This document shows positions 13,501 through 23,817 of a stretch of DNA of 64,000 bases, piece after piece. Source of the stretch: Azolla caroliniana (Eukaryota > Plantae > Polypodiophyta); the NCBI GenBank assembly GCA_043228905.1, contig JBHGNT010000004.1, positions 16,120,001 to 16,184,000 of the forward strand, given 5' to 3'. Every line of letters begins with the position of its first letter. Within the stretch, counting starts at the first letter, position 1. A program made the translations under genes and the position numbers. The notes under the pieces were generated by a model. The model did not search any database, had not been told where the DNA came from, and saw only the letters and a list, made by a program, of their open reading frames with translations.

Positions 13501-15587
13501 CGGCTTATCATCATTTCCGAGGTGTCCCGGTTTCGTTCGTGGTTCTTCCGAACGATCAAAAATTGGACGGAGTGATGGCCGTCCTGACTTTTTACCCTCG
13601 TATAGGCTGAACCATTATCCAACACTTTCATCTCCATTCTAGCCGCCATGATGTATGGATCCCCAAGGATGACCGGGTGGGATGACGTTTCTTGCACAAA
13701 AAAGTCTTGGTTTATGTCGACGTCTCCGACGCTCACCTGGACATTCGGGCAGGCCCCGTGCAGCTCTTCCGTGGTTCTTTTTGCCGCGGGTATCTTCCAC
13801 CCGTGTTTGGTGTTGATCGGCCAATTTCCCTTTTTGTAGAAGTCCATGGACATTAGGTTGATTAATGCCACCACGGGTTCCTTGACATTCCCGATTTGAA
13901 CCGGGTTCTCTGTAGTAGCTCTTCCCCAGTGCGGCTTGGCATAGTGGATTTCCGCGAGCTCGTCTTCCATGGCAATCTCGTCGAGGAGTGCCTCCCTCAC
14001 CTCAACCGGCTTCTCGGGCTCCGGTTCCATCGCGAGGCACTTTCTCTTCACGAGGTCCACGATGCTGTCGTGGAACTCCCTTCTTGCTATACCGAGCACT
14101 TCCCTAAGCGTGAGTTTTATGCAACTGTCAAGAACTCGCTCCTCTAGAACCTTTTGTAGGTTCATTTCTTTCTCGATTTCCGAGCTTCCGCGGAAGCTCG
14201 GAATCCTACCCTTCTCCTTCTCCTGGGACCCAGTCAAAGCGGCATCGTTCTTTTTGGGCGTGCTTTGGGTGTCATACCTCCCCAAAGGGCCCACTCCACC
14301 GGTTTTCCCCGCTCGTCTTTCGTCGATCAGGGCCTCGTAGTTCCTAAACGTGGCTTCCACAAAGCCGGTGCTTTCTTCAACGGGGTCGCTCCACCGGTAA
14401 CTTCGCGCACACGTTCTTCCGTGCGCTTCGCTTCTCCCTTCTGCAACCTTCCTCTGGTCAAGGTCTCAAGAATAGCAGGCCAGAACCCAGGGTTTGAATC
14501 AGTTTTGGCAGCCTTTTCCCCTACTCGGATGCCAGCCGAAGTTGAATAGTGGATGGGTTCGACGTGTCGGGCTGCAGCCTCTTCCATTAGCCTCTTCATG
14601 CCACCTCGTCCGAAATTTGTGTCGAGCAGTCTTTGCGTGTCGCACGTATGTACCCGGCCATTCGAAAGGTTGACTACATTACTCCTGAGTGCTTCTCCGA
14701 AGTCAGCACATTCTCTCCGGGCATGTCCGGTGGCATTGCACCATACGCACCTCTTATTGGCCTGCGGTCACCGGTCACGCGGTTGACCCTCGTCGCTTCA
14801 GCGGGCTTGGGTGATCTGGAGGTCACGTACCATCCTTGTTAGTTCTTCTAGCCCTGCGCCGCCCGCAGGTCCCGCGACTATGTTCGTCGGGCTTGGGCCT
14901 AGCTCGAGCCACCTCCTCGTTTCTTCCACTCGAGTCGGCGTCGGTTTGGCCCTGATTTTGACAGTCGGTCTAAACGACGAGGATCCCTTTTCTCTCCAGT
15001 CTCGGCGTTTGTCAATCCTGCCGCATACTTCTTTGACGGTCGCCCAGTCAGTCATGAGACCTTGGTTGGTTTCCAGAAGAAGACCCACGGTTTCCCGGAC
15101 GCGCAAATTGAAAGATGTCATGAAAAATAGGACTTTGCTTGTTTCGAGCACGGTTCGGTCCAATCTAGAGAGTTGTGCGAACCGTGACTCGAACTCCGAA
15201 CTCCTGGAGGAGTGCCGAAGCGTTCTAACCCTTGTCTGGGCTGTTGACCCAGTCCATAAAATCCTTTCTTGATAGCAAGAGTGAGTCATCATAGTTGTAC
15301 CTCTCGAGAACTTCCTCTACGAATTCTGCCCAATCGCGACAAATTACTTGTATCTCGACCATCTCCGTATGGATGTGTGGTGTCACGACCCGGAGATACC
15401 CCGCTAGCCGTTTATCTTCGGGTATGTTCCTCATCTGCATTTCCGATTTCTAAGCCTCTAAGTAACTCGTGGCGTCCTTGCTGATCGTCGCTTCTATGAC
15501 CCAGTTGAGAGCACTCGCACCCTCGCGAGCACTAACCAGGCGGTCTACCGCCACCGCATTTGCTTTTGCAAGTTCGCTTCCTCTCAT
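13492..15587 (-). pseudogene. gag: gag-protease of element C
   Basis: Colinear fragments homologous to 3611-5650, including the CVWCNATGH knuckle. Confidence 0.88.
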
Positions 15588-15611
15588 CTCCAGATTCCTT
15601 TGCCGCCCTTG

Positions 15612-15629
15612 TTCACGTCGGGTTCACCA
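15612..15629 (-). promoter_or_regulatory. Primer binding site, tRNA-Trp (element C)
   Basis: + strand TTCACGTCGGGTTCACCA equals the last 18 nt of plant tRNA-Trp including CCA. Confidence 0.9.
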
Positions 15630-15633
15630 ATGA

Positions 15634-16374
15634 TGTCAGGGTTCCTCGCGGATGCGTAGAAGTCGGCTAGGACCATGGGGGTCTCGAACCAAGGAATCCA
15701 GAAAACGAGGAGGGAGGAGTTTGAGAACTGCGTAGGTCTTGAGACCATAGCAAAACAGGTAAGGTCAGCAAACGAGAGAGGGTAAGAGAGTCGTGCGTAG
15801 ACGCAGACACGAGCAAGACACTAAGAACAACGTTTGTTAGGTAGAGAAGAATTCTATTAAAACAACACAGGTGCACGGTGCTGTGGGTGATTACAACCGG
15901 ATCAAAGCTGGCGATGGAGCGTAGAGCTTGGCAATAGCCAGACACGAAGGTACATGGGCACGCTGAAGGTCGATCCCCTCGTCGGGAGCACTCGGGCGTC
16001 TGACGCGTGCAGGGGGAAGCACCTTCCGTGGATCAGTCCTTACACACCTCTCTATATCTCCTCTCCTCTAAAAATATGGCATCTCGAAGACAATCAAAGG
16101 TCGCCCCCTTTATAGCACAAAGAGCGACTGCTACAAGGATTCATGACCCGTCGCTTTCCCTTCCCAGATTCTCTCCCCTGATTCGCTCCCCTTGTAACTC
16201 TCCCTACATATGCGATGTCTATTTCTTCTTTAATGCCCTAACTACCTAGTACACCTCCGTATACTCATGCCTAGTACTTTCCCTATTTAACTCTCTCGAG
16301 GTGTGCATTCGCGTAAACTGGTGTTCCTACACGTTTCACCTTGTTTCTACCTATGGCTCGGAATCTTCACGACA
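15634..16374 (-). repeat. 5' LTR of element C, followed by a 118-bp extension to 16492
   Basis: Matches 9277-9993 and is adjacent to the PBS. Confidence 0.9.
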
Positions 16375-16492
16375 TCCACCCCCACCAAACCGAACATCCT
16401 CCGGTATGTGCCGGATGGTGAATTTAGTGGAGGATTCCGGGCCATCGGTTACTTGCCCTCCTGTCCTGAACTGGCCCGGAATCTTCACGACA

Positions 16493-17937
16493 ACATAGTG
16501 GCAAATTTCTTGAGTAGAGTCGATAATGGAGAAACGGCCCGGAGGGCTGACGACAACTTTCCGGTTGCAGACATTCTGCGGGTAGCAACGCTAGCAGAAT
16601 GAACGGAAAAGACCTTCCCGAATTCATGGCTCATGGAAATGACCTACTTCCAAACCACGGGGTTACCACCACCCCAATTACTGACAGATGAGAAAATAGG
16701 GATGGTCGTCCGTAGTTGAAATTTCTGTTTAGTGGAAAACATACTATACCACAAGGGCAGTGACAACATCTGGAGGCGCGGAATACGGCAGGATGAGAAG
16801 GCCGTGGCTCTACGCGAAGCCCATTGTGGTACGGCGGGAGGACATTACGCGGGCGATGTTATGGCTCGGAAAATTTGGCAAGCAAGACTTTGGTGGCCGA
16901 CGACGCAAAAGGACGTGTATGAATATTGCAGACAGTGCAATTTATGCGAATGATTGGGCCAGCCCACAGAAGTCGCAAGAATACCACACCAACCAATGTT
17001 GCCACTAGATCCTTTCCAAAAGTGGGGGTTAGATTTCGTGGGACCTTTTACCCCGGCGGCTGCTCGAACAGGCAATAAGTACATCCTGGTGGCTATGGAT
17101 TACTGCACCAAGTGGGTAGAAGCAAAACCACTGCGCGAGAATACCACGGCAGTCACGGTGAAATTCCTGTACAAACACATCTGGTGTCGTTTCGGCTACC
17201 CTATCGAGCTCATTAGTGACCTAGGGAGTCACTTTCTGAATACGGTCATCAGCGAACTGACCCAACATTACGCGGTGGTGCACAAGAAAAGTAAGTCATA
17301 TTACCCGCAGGCAAATGGCTTGGCGGAATCCACGAACAAAACCCTCCAAACTATCCTCAAAAAGATAGTCAATGAGAACAAGACGGATTGGGACATCAAG
17401 TTGCATAGCGCATTATGGGCATACCATACCAGCTATAAGAGCAGCATACAATCAACACCGTTCAGGCTGGCATTTGGTCTGGAGGTCGTGATGCCAGTTG
17501 AATTCCAGGTACCCAGTCTGCGGATTCAAATACGAGCCCGGCTACCACAAGGCAAATCTGAACAAATACGGCTATAGAGACTGCTAGAGCTAGGAGAAAC
17601 AAGGGTACGCAGTATGACCATATTAGAGCAGGAACGACGACGGAGCAAAGCATTCGTTGACCGACACCGGCATGTGTGTGAAAAATATCTTACGGTTGGA
17701 AAAGCGGTATTAGTTTTCCAAACACGCATGGGGCATATGCCAGGAAAATTACGATTCCGCTGGACAGGCCTATACTGGATAGTAGGAGCAGAACAAGGCA
17801 CATTTCAACTAGGCACGCTGACCGGGGAAGTGTTACGACAAAAAGTGAATGGGTTTCGTCTTAAACCTTATCTAGGACCTACGCCACCTAACTCGTTCCC
17901 CGCCGGACAGGACAACGCTGGAGAATCCGCGGAGTAA
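16493..17937 (+). pseudogene. pol: Integrase of element B
   Basis: H...GGH...CRQC zinc finger; WGLDFVGP, ISD and YYPQANGLAE core; GPY/F-like WTGLY. Confidence 0.92.
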
Positions 17938-18104
17938 GTAGACGGCCCCACTTGTATTATAGTGTAAAAATAGTGTTGTATGTAACCGTTACGAAAAAAA
18001 GGGAAGATAGGCCACAAAAAGAAGGAAATAGAAGGTTTTCTGCACAATACAGAATTTAACCTTCTAACTCTCAGCGCTCTCATCGCTCCCCTTCCTCACC
18101 CTGA

Positions 18105-21100
18105 GGTCGATTGGGGGGTCATTACGGGGCCGGCGTTAAGGGAAGGCTTGCACACGTATCAAGGAGGCAAAAATCTTAGGCCTATCATACAACAATATCT
18201 GACGATACTATTCCCACCCTGAGGTCTGCCAGCAAGCCAACGCCGCCGCCTCGATCCGCGAAGCAAAGGTTAGCGGAGTTAGCCACCATAAAGTTGGAGG
18301 ATGAACCCCAACCCGCCCAGCCGAACATGCGAAGAATGTAGGAAGAGCAGGTTGCACGCACCGAGGAAGCAGCATCGGAGCCGAAAGCCGAACCACGATA
18401 GGAAAGCCGGAGGCCGAAAAGGCGGAGACTGGACAAGAAAGATGGGCGAGGGTTAGTTAAAGACGCACTCGCGACCACAGAGACAACAACCGTGGGCGAC
18501 AGCTCCGCAACTACGGAGCCCAACACCTTCTTCGAAGTAATTCGGGAACCACGGCCAATCATTACGGCCCAGTCACAGCGGGGGAAAGCCGTATTGACAA
18601 CGGAAAGCGAGGTCCTAGCGTATCCGGACATTCTGGACACGGCCCATGAGTTCGGCGCACTATTATAGTTCTGAACCAGTTTTGAACTCATGGAATTCTT
18701 GGCAACGCAACAAATAAAAGTCTCACAATGAATGGCCGAGGAGCACGAGGAGCGCCAAATGATCGAGCACACTGTTGCGTTGTTACGTGCGTGCGTGGGG
18801 AATGAGGCGGGACCACGGGGGCTTTGAACCGAGAAATAACCGAATGAAAAGGGGGGGAAGGAACTACCGATGTACTTCACACGTGCACAAGCACACAGAT
18901 TCACAGGAGTTGCAACTAGCTCTGAACAATGGAGACAGAACAAATGTATATGTATATATAAATCAAGGGGTTTTCAACCGGTAAGCCGGCGAGTGATAGG
19001 CTCCGACACTTGGACACACACACACATAGAATGCGAGATGGAGACTCTGCCGTAAGCACTCGGGCGTTCCGCGGAGCAGAGTCAGCCTCCCGAAAACCTG
19101 CACAGAATGACTATGGAGACGATAGAGGAGAAGAGCTCGGTTTCAGTCCGACAGCACTTCGTCCTCCACAAAACGCGATACCTCTCCCTTTTTTTATAAT
19201 ACCTCTCTCTCTCTTTTATAGCCCAAGGAGGGAGGCCGTTACCATTCATTACATCATGTTTATTCCCTGTCCTTTCGGATAGGGATACGCCTCGATTTTC
19301 TCCCTAATGAATGCGTGCTACCTAGGATTTCACCTCAGCCGACATGTACCTATCTAGTACTATACAACAAAACTTGTGCCCATGTGTAAGGGCCGGTTTA
19401 CGCATGTTATACTCGGTTTCTGCCTAGGGACGGTTTTCTCCACGACAGCGCGTTAACACAAACGGCAGAAAACGACGATGAGGATCAGTTAGCCAGAGTC
19501 GGCAGGCAGAGGAATGCCGGTATATGCCGAATGGGGATGGAACTACCCCCATTAAACGCGGCCCTTGTCGAAGCTCATAGGGAACTGGCAAAGGTTAGTA
19601 TGGGCGCCAAGGATATGGCGATTAAGCATAAAAATGTCTGGAAAAAAGTTAAATTGACCCAAGCCGAGCTACAAAAGGCCAATGAACGCATCACGGAGTT
19701 GGAAAATAATGCGACTACGGTGTAACAGGCAGCTCCACCAACAACCAACGTCGTCCAAGACCTGAGGGCAGAGATTGAAGCTCAGACCGCCATTGCCTCG
19801 AAAGCGAAACGGATCGCGCAACTAGAGGAATCAGAGATTGACCATCTCCGTGCCGAACTTCACCAATCCTCGGACAGAGAAAAGGACATCCAGGCCAATG
19901 GCCAAAAGGCAATGAAGAGCCTTGAAGAGAAACTCGCAGCGGAGACAACACAGCACACCCGGACGAAAGAAGAAAATGCCCAATTACGGGAGGAAGAGAA
20001 AAAATCGGAAGCGGCAATCGTGGGACTCTGGGCCTTATTGGAGAAGAAGAAAGAATGGTTCGACGAGCAGTTGGTGGGAGCACAGGAGAGAAGGCATCAG
20101 CTCGAAATCCGCCTGAACAATGAAATGGGAAAACTGGAAGAACTACATGCGAAGGAATCCCAGCTTTGGGGCAGGAATGAGCACGTATGAAGAAGCAGCG
20201 GCGGTTAGTCAGCAAGAAATTGCAAACCTCAAGAAATCTATAGAAGAAGCACGCATCCGTTGCCAAGACATAACAGAAAACGTGCGTATCCTTCTGCAAA
20301 CGAATCGGGAGAGGTTTACGATGCAATTAAAATTGGTGCTAGACAAAGGATGGATGGTGTGGGTTGCACAAGCGGCAGAATTGCATACGTATTGAGCGGA
20401 CTGGGAGAACCGAAGGAAAGATGGCCGAGGGTTCTACAAACTCAATGAGGAAAGCATTGTGGCAGTACGCAAGGGCCTAGCACAGGACTATCGCACGCTA
20501 GGAGACCAACATTCCGAGGAACTCGCGTAGCTACTAGATGATTTTGGCGAAAGTCAAGAGGACCTGTTTCACCAGATCACGCAAGCCAGCAGCACATGAA
20601 CAAATGAGGAATCCATTGTGACACCAATTCCAGATATTGCCGAACAAGAGCAACCTCAGGCCATGTCACCAGAAATTACCACTACGGTGAACAACACGGA
20701 ACGGCGAGCGGAGTCCTCCGCAATACCATACAGTGAAACCACCGACCAAGAGGAACCCCACCCACCGGAGCATACGCTTATGGCCGACATCACGGAGGAC
20801 ATGCTGGACCAAGAGGAACCGCAACCCCACTCTCCAGAACGTACAACGACGGCCGACATCACGGACGAAGTGACGGACAAAACAGAGCCGCGACCTACCG
20901 CAAGCCTGCGAATGGCGGAACCAACCCCAATAGCCCAAGAAGAGCCAACAAAACCCGAACCACCCACACAAGACGAACGCGACACCATGGGAAGCCCTCC
21001 CGACCAAGCAGGGGAACCACACAACGACGCGCCTACGGGCCCTACGCCGTCCCCGGACACGGACACCGTAGCAGAACCAAACATCAGGGCCATTTTGGAG

Positions 21101-21109
21101 GAAGATTAA
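18105..21109 (+). pseudogene. Extra ORF downstream of pol in element B (5'-deleted, split by solo LTR)
   Basis: Colinear protein similarity to 48822-51213: DWGVITGPxLREGL, NAALVEAHRELA, ILLQTNRERFT and the terminal ILEE motif. Confidence 0.8.
18773..19447 (-). mobile_element. Solo LTR of the element A family
   Basis: Same termini as 5696-6307 (TGTTGCGTTGTTACG...CACGACA), no internal domain, flanks ACAC/GCGC. Confidence 0.88.
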
Positions 21110-21156
21110 AGGGGTGGGTCCGACATGCCATGGCACTGTCCCACAGGCGTGCCAGG

Positions 21157-21625
21157 TGTTGTCCTCCGGAATAGTAACCGACAGACAAGAGCGCAGTAAT
21201 ATGGAATAGAGTAATATTGTAACGCATGTAAACAGTTCACGCGGGAAGCGTGGACGGCTAAAAGACCCTACGCATATAAAGGGCAGAAAACCTCTGATAG
21301 AGGTAGCGTGTAATTTTGAATGTAAAAGGCGTACCTTAATAGAGTTCTATCTTCTTTAATATTTGTGTGTATTTGTGGTTAATCTACTGTGTGTCTATAA
21401 TCCTTGGTGGCGTAGCACAATCGTAAGAGCATAGGCATGAGTAACAGTGTCTTTGCTAGCCCACTGTCTAAGGAGCTTGGTTGTAGCCGTCTCCCTTATA
21501 CGCTGCTAGGTTATGAGAGGTATCCCACTAAGTATTATGCACAGACGCTACCATTCGTGGTCACACAGTCACTTTGAGGTCTAGGTCGAAGGACTGACCA
21601 TAGATCGTGTTCCTAATCGGTAACA
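21157..21625 (+). repeat. 3' LTR of element B (start could be as early as ~21120)
   Basis: TGTTG...TAACA; homologous to 48319-48775; TATA-like TATAAA near 21275. Confidence 0.7.
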
Positions 21626-23037
21626 GTTGTAGTCGTCGATGAAGGAGACGAAATACCTACTCCCGCCAAGACTAATGTTTTGTGCCAGTCCCCATACATC
21701 CGAATGAATAAGGTCGAGCTTGTTACGGCTACGGTTTCGTTCGGTGGGGAATGGAAGCCGGTGTTGCTTCCCGAGTTGGAAGGCTTCACATATTTGGGCC
21801 TTCCGGCCACTGAACTTCAGCAAACCGAAAACAACTTGTTTCGTTTGCAGGACTTGAAGCCTCCGGTGATTGATGTGGCCGATCCGCTTTGGCCACAGGT
21901 CGATGTCCAATTCGACCTTCTGTCCTTTGGTGAACAAACAATGCCGACGTCATTCGTATCGAGGATGAACATCCTCCCTTCTCTACGCCCTTGCACAATA
22001 ATTTGGCCCCCTTCCTCAATGAAGCACCCAAGGTGCGTAAACCGCACCTGCATCCCCTGGTCAATGATTTGGCTGACTAACACCAGGTTCTTCGTGATAG
22101 TCGGAACATGCAATACATTCATCAGCTTCCCCTTTTGTCCGACGTGGCTCAAAGGAACTTCTCCGATATGCACGATTGGGTGAGGAGTGTCGTCTCCGGT
22201 TTTGATGACTCCCGGTTGTTCTGGTTTCTCCAAGAAAGAGAACCACTCTTTGTGGCTCGTCATGTGATTTGACGCACTGGAATCAACGTACCACACTTCC
22301 TCCGATTTGGAAGTGGTCTTCTTCATCGAGTTAGCCTCGTGTTTCATCACCAAGGTTGGCCCTTCTACGTAGTGCGAGTATTTCCGGTTCTCTCTGCCGG
22401 CTTTGCCGGATCCAGATCTATCCGAATTGGCGCGCTTCTTCCAGCACTCGCTTTCTCTGTGGGCCTTTTAGCACAATACCAACATTCTATGTAGGCCATT
22501 GCTTGCCGGCCTCCGGTGCCGCCTTGACTCCCCTTGCTTGTGGAGGGTCCAGAACTGTTGTCGGCACATTCTCTATGCCTTCGATCCTGTTCTTGCCGGT
22601 TGCTACCATTGCGAGCCGACCTGCCTCATCCACCACACCCACGGGGCTGATCCGCCTTCGTGTACATCATCTGTCTATGGGTGGGTGCAGTTATTGACAC
22701 ACCGGCGTGGTTCTCCTCCACAAGGAGCATCGACTATAAGTCGAAAAATGATGCGTATTCTCCCTTGTACACACAGCAGTTCGGAACACTCCGAACTTTG
22801 ACTCCAAACCTCCGAGACAGATTTGCACCAAATCGGCTTCTTCGATATTCACATTGATCGAGGCCAGAGAGTCGCAAATGTCCTTGATTTTGGAGGTGTA
22901 GTCTACCACCGACAAGTCGCATTGTCATAGGTTGCTCAGCTCCTATCGGAGTTGAAGCTTCCTAGTTGTAGTGCTTGCGGCGAAAATCTTCTTCAGATTT
23001 CCCCAAGCATCTTTCGGCGTTTTTGCATCCTAAATGT

Positions 23038-23787
23038 TGTTAGGAAATAGGTCCCTCCGGATGGGCAGTGAGAAGAACAGTACTAATGAGCAAACTCGGC
23101 CGAGGCCGAAACCCGATGAGGAGTACCTAGCTATGGAGAGACAGATGGTGCAGACCCGGTGAGAACCGGATGACGAGTACCCGGCTACGGAGAGATAGAT
23201 GGTGCAGACCCGGTGAGAACCGGATGACGAGTACCCTGGCTACGGAGAGATGGATGGTGCAGACCCGGTGAGAACCGGATGACGAGTACCTGGCTACGGA
23301 GAGCCGGATGGCGCAGACCCAGTGAGAATCGGATGAAGAGACATATTTGTAAATATATTTCTAAGAGTCCATCGTGGCTATATTTGTAAATAGCCGAAAA
23401 GTCATATTAGTATAAATATGACTTAGGGCAAACTTATGTATATAGTTGTTGTCATTCTTGTTGGTGCAAGATTAGAGCGCGCAACTGTGTACAGAGAGAG
23501 TGAGAGAGAGAGAAAGAGGTCGTTGCCTCTGATTGTAACCGCCGCCTATGGCGAAGATAGCAAGCTCGAGGTCGTGGCCTCTGTGCTTTCTTATTGTACA
23601 TTCTGACATACTGATAGTTTGCGGTCTGTGGGCTGCCGTGGTTTTTTCCCGAGTTTGGGTTTTCCACATAAACATCCTGTGTACTCTTCTCTCTATCATG
23701 TTTGTGTTTCATTCCCTATTTTCTGTGTTTTATTCTAGGCTCGGTTATGCCCGAGTGTTGTTTAAACGGAGCATGTAGTTCCTGTCA
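23038..23787 (+). repeat. 5' LTR of G with four 54-bp tandem units
   Basis: Matches 27636-28439. Confidence 0.93.
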
Positions 23788-23817
23788 AAGTGGTATCATA
23801 GCGAAACGACACAGAAA

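Larger units (their letters stand above)
9277..16492 (-). mobile_element. Full-length Ty3/gypsy element C (tRNA-Trp PBS)
   Basis: Two similar LTRs, PBS, PPT, gag-PR and pol; flanks ACGT/ACAT. Confidence 0.95.
6308..21625 (+). mobile_element. Athila-like (non-chromovirus) Ty3/gypsy element B, interrupted by C and a solo LTR
   Basis: gag, PR, RT, RH at 6308-9276; INT at 16493-17937; then extra ORF and 3' LTR. Followed by copia D1 integrase sequence. Confidence 0.88.

Noticed and set aside
12801-13610. Antisense ORFs shared by A and C (also 3109-3621)
   Set aside because: They mirror the conserved pol frame on the opposite strand, with no independent sign of coding.
15612-15629. tRNA-Trp gene
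   Set aside because: Only the 3' 18 nt including CCA are present, next to an LTR; this is a PBS.
23107-23340. 54-bp repeats as a CRISPR array
   Set aside because: Units are head-to-tail with no unique spacers, no cas genes are present, and they lie inside eukaryotic LTRs.
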